Below, piece after piece: positions 55,284 through 64,000 of a DNA stretch of 64,000 nucleotides. The notes under the pieces were generated by a model. It saw only the letters and a program-made list of their open reading frames with translations. It was not told where the DNA came from and searched no databases. Source of the DNA: Candidatus Tenderia sp. (GTDB taxonomy: Bacteria > Pseudomonadota > Gammaproteobacteria > Tenderiales > Tenderiaceae); the NCBI GenBank assembly GCA_031416075.1, contig JANOSY010000031.1:64001-128000 (forward strand). Reading direction: 5' to 3'. How positions within the stretch are numbered: position 1 is the first letter of the stretch; each line of letters opens with the position of its first letter. The position numbers were made by a program, and so were the translations under genes.

Positions 55284-55831
55284 CTGCTAATGGTAAATTC
55301 AGGCTGCTGTTTGGCTGCGGAGTCACTGATCCTAATCTCGATAAATTGAGGCTCCAGCCCCTTTTCAAAAAGATAGCTGGCGGCACGGCGATAGTCGCGG
55401 CCATTAGGACCCTTGCCGCTAAACAGGGCGACCAGCTCATGTTGGCCACTGCGCAGGTTTTCAATATGGAGCCGCTGCACACCGCCCTTGGCCAACGCGT
55501 TCACTTCACGTTCGGTATAGAGGTAGTGGGTCACCGATTTACCATCGATTTTCAACTCGACCGCGTCAAGCGCAAAAAAGAGCCCACTGTTCATGGCAAG
55601 AAAAATGGTGGTCTGGGTGGTGGCAGGAAAGAGTAGCTCCTCTTCCAGAATAAACAGTTCACGGTTGAGATCAAGCACCTCTTTTTTTAGATCCTCCACC
55701 TGCTCACTCAGGCCACCTGCTGCGGCTCTACTAACCTCCTCCGCCATCACTATCGACATACTCACAGGCAACAGCCAGAGCAAAAACAGCCCCGCCAACA
55801 ACCGTTTTATTGCACCCTTCATCACATCCAT
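55274..55831 (-). CDS. Conserved exported hypothetical protein
   Basis: Signal peptide, coiled coil LKKEVLDLNRELFILEEELLFP, HYLYTERE..AL.KGGVQRL. Confidence 0.7.
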   Translation of the reverse strand: MDVMKGAIKRLLAGLFLLWLLPVSMSIVMAEEVSRAAAGGLSEQVEDLKKEVLDLNRELFILEEELLFPATTQTTIFLAMNSGLFFALDAVELKIDGKSVTHYLYTEREVNALAKGGVQRLHIENLRSGQHELVALFSGKGPNGRDYRRAASYLFEKGLEPQFIEIRISDSAAKQQPEFTISSWE

Positions 55832-55841
55832 TCCTACAACC

Positions 55842-57434
55842 TTAAGACGGGGTTAGAATTTTGCCATTCACAATCGGTGTAAAGGCGGAGAGGCTGTCAC
55901 GCATCGCCACACCGCCCAAACCATGTTTCGGAAAGCGGGTGGCAAAGTTACCCTGCTCACCATGCAGTGCCATGTAGTTCAGGATGACTGTCTCCACTAG
56001 CAGATTGACATTATTGGCCGCCGGCGTAGCCGATGTTTCGACCGATGCATCAGGGCGGAACCAGCCAATCTGTTGGTGGCGCGCCTGCTGTGTCACCGTA
56101 TCGCCCATCAAAACCGGGCGTCCGGCGGGATTATATACCAGGAAAAACGAGCTGGCGGTATCCGAATTATCCCCGGTCCAGACACCTTTACCGCCCCCCT
56201 CTGCTGAGTTGTCCAACATACCGTTACTGAAAACCGAACCATCACTACAGACGTACAACATAAGTGGCACACCGATACGCGCCGCATATTCGAGGCAGGC
56301 ACCGATACAGCGCCCAGCGCGCAGATCACGCACTTCCCCCGCTGCCCGGTCGCCCGTATGGTAGTCATAACCACCCAGTTCAATAGTCCCGGCCCCCGCA
56401 TTACCATTGATCACCAGCTTCATCACTGAAGCGGTTTTGCGGAACTCGCCGTTTTTCATCTCATCGACACTAAAGATAGGACCGACGATGTCAGGGTCAA
56501 TCTCTGGATTCAACATCGCAGGATTACCGTAACGATCCACCAGATCCGCAGCCTTCACATATCCACAATCGATCAGATCCTTAATTACCGCATCAGCGGT
56601 GACCTGGGTATTAACCTTTTTTAACTTCATGGAACTGATACGTTCGATGGACTCCAGTACCGCCACCGCATCCTCCTGGCTCAACAGTCCCACCAGTTTG
56701 CCGGTATCCACCAGCCCCGTCACGTCGCTGGGGCGATCAATTTTGGTGGGGCGAACGGCAGGGTTCATCATGGTTGCCGGTGCCATGGAGTTGCCGCCCG
56801 AGTCGGAGTTGCGCGAACCGATCAGCGTCAGCAGCGCCCCATCGGCCCCGGCCCGGTTAATGCCATACATTGGATTGTGTGGATTGTTGCCCGTATCGTT
56901 TTCAGATCGGGCCGGGAGCACAGCGCCGTTAATTTTGGCGGCTGTTGCTGGTGAAACCTTCTCCAGTATGCCACGCAAAAACGCACTCTCAGAATGGAAT
57001 GCCAACCCCAAGGTGGTGTTGGCAAAGGGGAGCCCTGTCGCCAGATTGGTCAACGACGGAATCATATCCCCCGGTAACCCCAATTTGCTGTAACCCGCCG
57101 TGGTCAGAAAATCGAGCTGCCCGCCCTGTTTGCCTACCAGTACATTGGAACCGGCAATGTTGGCACCACCGGCCAGATCAAAACAGATAAACGGGATCTT
57201 GCCAGCCCCCTGGGTGGCGATACCACAACTGGTTTTAAGTGTCTGCAGGTCCGCCGACAGCGCCGCCCGCGCCTCACGTGGGTTGGCAAACAGCCCGAAA
57301 ATTGTCGGCCCCACCACCAGACCAAGGCCGGAGGTAAGCCCGTAACCAAGAAAATCCCGCCGTGTTACGGGCCGTTGATGGTCCGCATGTAACAGCGGTG
57401 TATCGGGTGAAAGTGGAGTCTTTTGTCTGGTCAT
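55842..57434 (-). CDS. Tat-exported protein, DUF1501/DUF1552-like
   Basis: Twin-arginine TRRDFL; DLAGGANIAGSN; GGYDYH; WTGDNS. Confidence 0.65.
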   Translation of the reverse strand: MTRQKTPLSPDTPLLHADHQRPVTRRDFLGYGLTSGLGLVVGPTIFGLFANPREARAALSADLQTLKTSCGIATQGAGKIPFICFDLAGGANIAGSNVLVGKQGGQLDFLTTAGYSKLGLPGDMIPSLTNLATGLPFANTTLGLAFHSESAFLRGILEKVSPATAAKINGAVLPARSENDTGNNPHNPMYGINRAGADGALLTLIGSRNSDSGGNSMAPATMMNPAVRPTKIDRPSDVTGLVDTGKLVGLLSQEDAVAVLESIERISSMKLKKVNTQVTADAVIKDLIDCGYVKAADLVDRYGNPAMLNPEIDPDIVGPIFSVDEMKNGEFRKTASVMKLVINGNAGAGTIELGGYDYHTGDRAAGEVRDLRAGRCIGACLEYAARIGVPLMLYVCSDGSVFSNGMLDNSAEGGGKGVWTGDNSDTASSFFLVYNPAGRPVLMGDTVTQQARHQQIGWFRPDASVETSATPAANNVNLLVETVILNYMALHGEQGNFATRFPKHGLGGVAMRDSLSAFTPIVNGKILTPS

Positions 57435-57453
57435 GGTTATCTCTCAATCCCTG

Positions 57454-59973
57454 TCACTGCAACAGCATCACAGCGCTACCCAATGTGGCGGCACAGCTGG
57501 CCTTGACCACGGTCTGGGTACGATCAGCCGCACAGCTTCCACCACAAGCCGTCAGTCTGTCGATCAAACTGTTTAGCTCTGTTTTAACACTGGCCACACT
57601 TGGTTGGGTTGCCAGATTGATGCCCAGCACCCTATTCAACAGTGGGTCCAGCACTTGATCACGTTTAGCCATAGCATTAAAGGCGGTGACCGCCCCTGCC
57701 CCAAAGTCAAAACCGGGGAAGTAACTGCTACGCAGCGGCGCATCACTTACCAATGCATTGCAATACTCAATGGCCAGCTGTGATACTGCCACCTGATGGG
57801 CGGCAAGAAAGCCGTTGATATTTTCCACCGTCGGCAGCTGCTGCATGATGGTTTGGTAGGTCTGTTTGACATCCGCATGGGTGAGACTCACCCCAGTCAT
57901 CACCGCCATAGTGGCGTTGATCTCGGCAAACGTACGCAGGCCAATCTCTGGTTTTGGCGCAGCATCCACAGGGGCTGCTTGTTGCAGCGGCTGTGGCTCT
58001 ACCACCACATTGCGGGCGCTGCCCAGCTGCTCAAAACTGAGGAAAAACTGATCAACCAGCGGTCCCTTCTCCAGCGCAATCACCGTACCTAACGTTGAGA
58101 GCCGTTGGGCACGGGCATTAAACTGCTCGCTAGGCAATAACTGACTGTTGCTGACTGTTGTTTCAAGATGGCGATAGGCCTGCCCCACACTCGCCTCTTT
58201 GCCGTTGATGCCAATACGCATCGCCCGAATGGGTATGTCCGCCACCACACTGTCACCATTCAGGTTGATAAAGGTAGGGCGGTTAAACAGATAGCTGTAA
58301 CTATCAAACTGGCTCACCTCAAACAGGATGTAACTCTGTGGTGCCTTCACTACATCACTCACATCAAACAGCAGGAAAAATTTCTCACCCACGCCCACAT
58401 TAAAGTTACGCGATACCTGCTCTTGGGTCAGCGCTCGATTATGGATGGCCACCAACCGCAACTTGCCCTGCCACTGCCGATCATTGGTCACTTCGTTGCC
58501 CAACACCAGGGCAAAGGTATCATCCCAGTCATTCAGATTACCGGCTGCCTGGGCATCGATGTGATTAACAAGCAGACCGTTGACATAGATGCGGCGTCCA
58601 TTCAGCGGATCAAAGCTGACCACCACATGCTGTTCAGTGGCCTGCAGCAGCTCATCAGCATCAGGGGTAGAAAAGGCTGGCTGCCCGTTACCGTTGGTGG
58701 TACTGCTACGGTGGAGAAAATTGTAATTGTAGAGCGTCTGCCCCAGGGTAAAGTTACGGCTATTGGTACCGGCAGAGTAGCTGATGATGCGCGCCGGTCC
58801 ATCTTGCGTCACGTTGGCCGGTACGACCCACGCCTCAATGGAGTACTCCCCCGTGGCACGAATAAAGTTGTGGAGTTTACGGCTGGCGCTAGTGCTGCCC
58901 TGCGCCTTGCTGTTAACAAACTCCACGCCCCAGCCACCGACCCACTTATAATCGACCTCCGCCAACCCCGAAAGCTGTAGATGCAGGGCAGGTTCAATAC
59001 CGCTGGTATCGTATATATAGTCACCAAAGCCGGTCTTAAACTCGTACAACGCAATTACATTCTCATCATAACGGGTACCACCACTGGCAATAATGCCCTG
59101 CCCCAGGGTCAGCGCCTTGCTCACCACCAGCTGTGGATCAATCTGGGTCAGCGGCACACCATCAGCAAATGCTTTGATAGCATCTTCCATCTTTTGTGAG
59201 TCCTGCTGACAATCACCACTCCAGCAGTTATGAAACTCATTCCGCAGGCGGACCACCAGCCGTGAATTGGCGGGGGTATCAAGATCCAGCTTGTGGCTAC
59301 TCTTCACCGACTCATAAGCAGTGGCCGCATCCGCCGCCGCAAAATAGGGCGCTTGTGGTACCGGCGCTGAGTTGATGTGGCAACCGCTGCAATAGGTCAC
59401 TAACAACGGATGAACTGTAGTGGCAAACAGGGCTGCGTTATCAGGAAAGGCCTTGCTGTCAGCCGCATTCATCACCGGTGGTGGTGTGAGCTGAATCTGC
59501 CGTCCAACACTATCCCCACCCTTCCCAGCCCATTGGGTTATGTAAGCGGTCATGATTTCACCACACGCCTTGCTGCTCACCTCCCAGCAGTTATGGCCAC
59601 CCGCCACCTTGGTGACCAGACGGGAATCCGCTGGCGAGTTGAGATTCAATAGTGTAATTGCCTGACTGTAGGCAAGGTTCACATCATCAGTACGGGCAAA
59701 GTTGGGGGACTGTTTGCTTTCACCACTGCCGTGGCAATTGCCACATTTATTGACCAGCTCTGGCCAAAGGGTGGTCTGAAAAGTACGGGTTGCCTCCGCT
59801 TGAGCCTGCGGGCCTTGATAGTTTTGAACACCTGTAGAGTTTGTCTGCGGTGTCGCACCAGGCACAGCCTGTGTCGAAACGCTATCACAACCACTGACTC
59901 CAACCAGAAACATCAACATCAACACCGCGCTGATGAGCCGATGAATATCAACCATAATCACCCTCACCATCAC
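57454..59973 (-). CDS. Diheme c-type cytochrome / LamG (ConA-like) lipoprotein
   Basis: Lipobox VSGC; CGNCH and CSGCH, each followed by SRLV...HNCW; LamG motifs YSIEAWV, HVVVSFD, IYVNG, IHNRALT. Confidence 0.8.
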   Translation of the reverse strand: MMVRVIMVDIHRLISAVLMLMFLVGVSGCDSVSTQAVPGATPQTNSTGVQNYQGPQAQAEATRTFQTTLWPELVNKCGNCHGSGESKQSPNFARTDDVNLAYSQAITLLNLNSPADSRLVTKVAGGHNCWEVSSKACGEIMTAYITQWAGKGGDSVGRQIQLTPPPVMNAADSKAFPDNAALFATTVHPLLVTYCSGCHINSAPVPQAPYFAAADAATAYESVKSSHKLDLDTPANSRLVVRLRNEFHNCWSGDCQQDSQKMEDAIKAFADGVPLTQIDPQLVVSKALTLGQGIIASGGTRYDENVIALYEFKTGFGDYIYDTSGIEPALHLQLSGLAEVDYKWVGGWGVEFVNSKAQGSTSASRKLHNFIRATGEYSIEAWVVPANVTQDGPARIISYSAGTNSRNFTLGQTLYNYNFLHRSSTTNGNGQPAFSTPDADELLQATEQHVVVSFDPLNGRRIYVNGLLVNHIDAQAAGNLNDWDDTFALVLGNEVTNDRQWQGKLRLVAIHNRALTQEQVSRNFNVGVGEKFFLLFDVSDVVKAPQSYILFEVSQFDSYSYLFNRPTFINLNGDSVVADIPIRAMRIGINGKEASVGQAYRHLETTVSNSQLLPSEQFNARAQRLSTLGTVIALEKGPLVDQFFLSFEQLGSARNVVVEPQPLQQAAPVDAAPKPEIGLRTFAEINATMAVMTGVSLTHADVKQTYQTIMQQLPTVENINGFLAAHQVAVSQLAIEYCNALVSDAPLRSSYFPGFDFGAGAVTAFNAMAKRDQVLDPLLNRVLGINLATQPSVASVKTELNSLIDRLTACGGSCAADRTQTVVKASCAATLGSAVMLLQ

Positions 59974-61199
59974 TCCCCCTTACAGTAGACAGCAGTATCG
60001 GAAAATACCTGCTTGAGGTTGTAATTACTGCCCTTGAAATTGGCGATAATGGTATCGACTATGCTGCGATCAGCACTGTTACCCGGTTCACGAAAGCAGA
60101 CTGTTGCAAAGACCTTTTTTACCTGACAGCGGGCAAAGGCCTCACTGTTGGCCAACTCCATCCCCAACGACTTGGCACCAGTGCCAGAGGCAGGCAACGA
60201 TAACTGCTGAGTGTCCCAACCCAACCTTGCATTGGGGCCATGACGCCAATAGTTGTGCCAGCCATCATCTGCTGTGACATACCCCGGTTTGAAATTACTG
60301 GCATTGATCAGATTTTTAGCCTGCACACGACTCCCCGTTTTAGGGTCAACCGTGCCCACACCGTTGTAGACCAGTTTGCCATTGGCGGCATCGGGGTCGA
60401 TCTCAACGTTGTAATCGTAATTATAATAGGCAAACGCTTGAGTCATGGGGTCCATGCCCGCATGGCAACCGACACAGGCGTTAAGATAGATCCGGCTATC
60501 ACCGCCCGGACTGCGCGACACATCCTGGCGCACACGATCGGGCGAACGTGTCACATCTTTGACCTGTTCCATGTCATTACAGAGATGGTTCATAAACGTA
60601 AAGCGGAACATGGCCCGATTAGTACCGTCAATAAAAAAAGCCTTGGCCGCCGCGCGACTGGTCATAACACCCGCCGTGGCGGCAACAGGCAGGCCGGTGA
60701 CGACAGATTGTGTGGTTCGGACCAGCCCACTCTTAAGATCAAGACCACGATCATCCAATGCCTCGTAGTGGGCATTACTGGTATTGGCGTACGCTGGCAG
60801 CGTGAGTGTATTTTTGCCCACATAAAGAATGTCGTCATACAGAATGCGGCGGAAATCAAGCTCATCACGCACCACCCCAATCACCGTGGCGGTATAATCA
60901 TTCAGTGGTGCAAAGAGTGTTTGCGCCTCATTAGTCCACGGGGTGACAAAATTTTTCAACGTCACATTGTAGAAAGAGGGGTGCTCAAGTGCGCGTTGGG
61001 CCGCCTTGTTGTAATCACCTGCTGCAATAAATCCCGCCATTGCATCAAGCGTAGCGGCATCGGCAGGCACGCCGGCAACACGGTCATGAATCCGCTTGGC
61101 CTGCTCCCTCGGCCCTGCCTCAACCACTGCAACGGCGACCAGTAATGCACAAAATAGAGATGCACGAAATGACAGATTCAACACTTTTTTGCAACCCAT
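59970..61199 (-). CDS. Monoheme c-type cytochrome with DUF1585-like C-terminus
   Basis: Signal peptide; CVGCH; LANSEAFARCQVKKVF...YNLKQVF. Confidence 0.7.
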   Translation of the reverse strand: MGCKKVLNLSFRASLFCALLVAVAVVEAGPREQAKRIHDRVAGVPADAATLDAMAGFIAAGDYNKAAQRALEHPSFYNVTLKNFVTPWTNEAQTLFAPLNDYTATVIGVVRDELDFRRILYDDILYVGKNTLTLPAYANTSNAHYEALDDRGLDLKSGLVRTTQSVVTGLPVAATAGVMTSRAAAKAFFIDGTNRAMFRFTFMNHLCNDMEQVKDVTRSPDRVRQDVSRSPGGDSRIYLNACVGCHAGMDPMTQAFAYYNYDYNVEIDPDAANGKLVYNGVGTVDPKTGSRVQAKNLINASNFKPGYVTADDGWHNYWRHGPNARLGWDTQQLSLPASGTGAKSLGMELANSEAFARCQVKKVFATVCFREPGNSADRSIVDTIIANFKGSNYNLKQVFSDTAVYCKGE

Positions 61200-61433
61200 A
61201 ATATTTTAATAGCAACCATTCTAACGCCCCTCCAGCGCCGCCCATTCTATAACATGGATGGGCCACTGGGATAATTATTCATCCCCTTGAATACATCACA
61301 AAACACTTATATTCCATGATTGTACGTGACAAAAGATTTTATATTTTTACCATCGCAAGATAGCAATACTTTATAATCACTCTCAATAAAAAAATTAAGT
61401 GTCTCTGTTCCGCGACACACCAGAGTTGAAGGC

Positions 61434-64000
61434 ATGGGTAGAATTAAACATCAGATAACCAAGTGGGTTGGCCGCGCTATTACGTTGCTGATAGCCACAT
61501 CCGTAATCAGTGGCTGTCTATCAAAGACAGAGACCAGCGACCCCGTTGTCATTGATTTCCCCGTTGCCTATGTCAAACGCCCTATCCCCGTCAACAACCA
61601 GAACCAGCCCCGCAATCTGGATATACGGGCGTTGGATGATTTTAATGCCGGGGCAGACCTTTACCTGAAGGCGCGCTCCACCGCCGGTGCAGCAGAGCGC
61701 AATATCACCGCCACATTCACACAGGGCATGGGGGACGTTAAAGATATTGAGGTCTCATACGATGGTGGAAAACTCCTCTTCAGCATGCGTGCCGCCGAAA
61801 TTGAAGATGCTGATGAAGACGATCAGCCAACGTGGAATATCTGGGAGTATACAATCGCTGAAAACAGCCTACGCCGCATTATCACTTCCGATATCACCGC
61901 CGAAGCAGGCGAAGATGTAGCCCCCCACTATCTACCCGATGGCCGCATCATATACTCATCCACACGCCAGCGCCAAAGCGGGGCCATCCTGCTTGATGAA
62001 GGCAAACCGAAGTTTACCGCAGGGCATGAAGGAGGTAACGGACCGGCCTTTTCACTCCATGTAATGAATAGTGATGGCAGCGACATTCATCAGGTATCGT
62101 TTAATCAGAGCCACGATTTTGATGCCAGCGTAATCGCCTCCGGCGAAGTTGTATTCAGCCGCTGGGACGCTATGGGGGAGAACAACGCTATCAACCTCTA
62201 CAAAATAAATCCCGACGGCACCAACCTGCAACTATTATATGGTGGCCACAGCCATGATAGCGGCAACCCCAACATCGACATACAGTTTACAGCGCCGCGT
62301 GAACTGCCCGATGGTCGACTCTTATCCACCCTGTTACCCTTTCGTGGCAGCACACTGGGTGGCAATATTATTGCGATCGATATCAACCACTACGGCGACA
62401 ACCAACGTGCGCTGGATAATCTGCAATCACTCTCCACCACCACAGCACAGAGCTCACTTGTTAATGATGTAACACATAACGGTAACGCTATTTCACCTGG
62501 TGGCCTCTACCGCTCTGCCACACCCCTGTGGGATGGCACTGGACGGCTATTGGTGAGCTGGAGTCCATGTCGACTGATCAACGGCAATGCCATTGTTACC
62601 TGTAATAAGACGTTACTGGCACAATCCAATACAGTAGCCGCACCACCACTTTATAGTGTGTATATCTATGATCCCATCAAACGTACACACGCTCCACTGG
62701 TGGTCCCCGTGGAGGGCACCATCATTGCTGATGCGGTGATCGCCCAACCTCGCCCACGCCCTACAGTCATTATCGACAGCCAGATCAATAGCAGTCTCGA
62801 CCAAATACTGGCCAATGAAAATAGCGGCATACTTCACATCCGCAGTGTTTATGACTTTGATGGCAATGACAACGCTACGCCCAACATTAAAGCAGTGGCC
62901 GACCCTCTATTAACCAGTGCCGACAATCGCCCGGCCCGTTTTTTACGTATCATTAAAGGCGTAGCACTACCCGATCGCCAGGTATTACAAATCCCCAACA
63001 GTGCCTTTGGTGTGACCGGCAGATCAATGCGTGAGATCATCGGTTACGCAACCATTGAACCCGATGGCTCGGTGATGGTTAAACTACCGGCCAATGTGCC
63101 CCTGACCCTTGACGTCTTGGATAAAAATGGCCGCAGCATCACCCCGCGTCACCAAAACTGGCTACAGCTGCGCCCCGGCGAAACACAACATTGTAACGGC
63201 TGCCATACACACAGCAGCGGCATACCTCATGGCCGTAATAATCTACCGACCACAGTGAACAGTGGCGCTACTACCAGCGGTCTCCCGTTTCCCAATACCA
63301 ACACCACGCTGGTTGCACAGATGGGTGAAACCATGGCACAGAGCCGCATCCGCATCAGCTGCGCCAGCAACTGTGCTGCACTCACCCCCAGTGTCGATAT
63401 TCTGTTTGACGATCACTGGACCAACACCTCACAACGGACAAAAGATAGCAGCATCGCTTATCGCTATGCCGATCTCACCACCGCCATCCCCGTCAGCAGC
63501 AGCTGTATCAACCAGTGGAACTCACTCTGCCGCACTGTCATCAATTACGAAACACACATTCATCCACTCTGGAACAAAGATCGTGGTGGTGATAGCTGTA
63601 TCCTCTGCCATACCAGCACCAACAGTAGCGCCATGCCTCAGGTGCCTGCAGCCCAGCTCGACCTGAGTGACGGTCCCAGCGGTGACGTGGCCACCAACTT
63701 CAACAGCTACCGTGAGTTGCTGTTTGCTGACAATGAGGTGGAGCTGGATTTGGTTAATAATATTCTGCGCGACCGTTTGGTAGCGGACACCGATAACAAC
63801 GGCAACCCCCGTTTTGAAACAGATGCTGATGGCAATCAAATCCTCGACAACAGCGGCCAACCTATTCCCATCATGATACCGGTCCCGGCAAACGGCCCGG
63901 TGCTCTCTGCCAACGGTGCCAATGGCAGTCTGTTTTTCACTAAATTTGATGTCGGCGGCAGCCATGCGGGGCGACTCAGTGCCGCAGAGTTACGGCTGAT
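61434..64000 (+). CDS. HzsA-like beta-propeller diheme lipoprotein, 3' end outside window
   Basis: Manual translation from ATG 61434: lipobox ISGC, PVAYVKRP, VSYDGGKLLFSMR, PHYLPDGRIIYSSTRQ, SFNQSHD, FSRWD; CNGCH at 63192-63206 and CILCH at 63597-63611 in frame. Confidence 0.8.
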   Translation, partial: MGRIKHQITKWVGRAITLLIATSVISGCLSKTETSDPVVIDFPVAYVKRPIPVNNQNQPRNLDIRALDDFNAGADLYLKARSTAGAAERNITATFTQGMGDVKDIEVSYDGGKLLFSMRAAEIEDADEDDQPTWNIWEYTIAENSLRRIITSDITAEAGEDVAPHYLPDGRIIYSSTRQRQSGAILLDEGKPKFTAGHEGGNGPAFSLHVMNSDGSDIHQVSFNQSHDFDASVIASGEVVFSRWDAMGENNAINLYKINPDGTNLQLLYGGHSHDSGNPNIDIQFTAPRELPDGRLLSTLLPFRGSTLGGNIIAIDINHYGDNQRALDNLQSLSTTTAQSSLVNDVTHNGNAISPGGLYRSATPLWDGTGRLLVSWSPCRLINGNAIVTCNKTLLAQSNTVAAPPLYSVYIYDPIKRTHAPLVVPVEGTIIADAVIAQPRPRPTVIIDSQINSSLDQILANENSGILHIRSVYDFDGNDNATPNIKAVADPLLTSADNRPARFLRIIKGVALPDRQVLQIPNSAFGVTGRSMREIIGYATIEPDGSVMVKLPANVPLTLDVLDKNGRSITPRHQNWLQLRPGETQHCNGCHTHSSGIPHGRNNLPTTVNSGATTSGLPFPNTNTTLVAQMGETMAQSRIRISCASNCAALTPSVDILFDDHWTNTSQRTKDSSIAYRYADLTTAIPVSSSCINQWNSLCRTVINYETHIHPLWNKDRGGDSCILCHTSTNSSAMPQVPAAQLDLSDGPSGDVATNFNSYRELLFADNEVELDLVNNILRDRLVADTDNNGNPRFETDADGNQILDNSGQPIPIMIPVPANGPVLSANGANGSLFFTKFDVGGSHAGRLSAAELRL

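Noticed and set aside
55274-57434. Labels such as AraC regulator or GspF for these two proteins
   Set aside because: No HTH in the 185-aa exported protein and no polytopic membrane segments in the Tat substrate.
61434-64000. Evidence for anammox metabolism
   Set aside because: No hzsB/hzsC neighbours in view and a gammaproteobacterial context; only domain-level resemblance.

Overview
Chromosomal window from a gammaproteobacterium, mostly housekeeping blocks: peptide ABC transporter; pyrG-kdsA-eno-ftsB-ispD-ispF-truD; efp; mrcB-lpoP; ftsK-lolA-rarA-crcB-serS-cysG-arfB; trxB-aat-ate; recJ; cysH. I found no rRNA, tRNA, CRISPR array, integrase or transposase. Accessory features stand out. (1) Two two-gene candidate anti-phage cassettes sit inside core operons: an ABC-type ATPase plus PD-(D/E)XK-like protein (730-2711), and a PHP-ATPase with rewired metal ligands plus a Schlafen/AlbA_2 protein (33238-37193). 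(2) A CHASE2 class III cyclase and a divergent Crp-family regulator both carry substitutions at base-specifying residues, suggesting a non-cAMP signalling pair. (3) A frameshifted earP relic, cut next to a 75-bp MITE-like element, lies directly upstream of an Arg32-type efp. (4) A large envelope locus (49708-64000) combines Glt-like TPR proteins, a Tat substrate, c-type cytochromes and an HzsA-like diheme lipoprotein. Smaller items include a yybP-ykoY riboswitch, a double-nonsense pseudogene, a REP doublet supplying the cysG stop codon and a perfect 38-bp palindrome. All family calls come from motif recognition by eye; no database searches were run.
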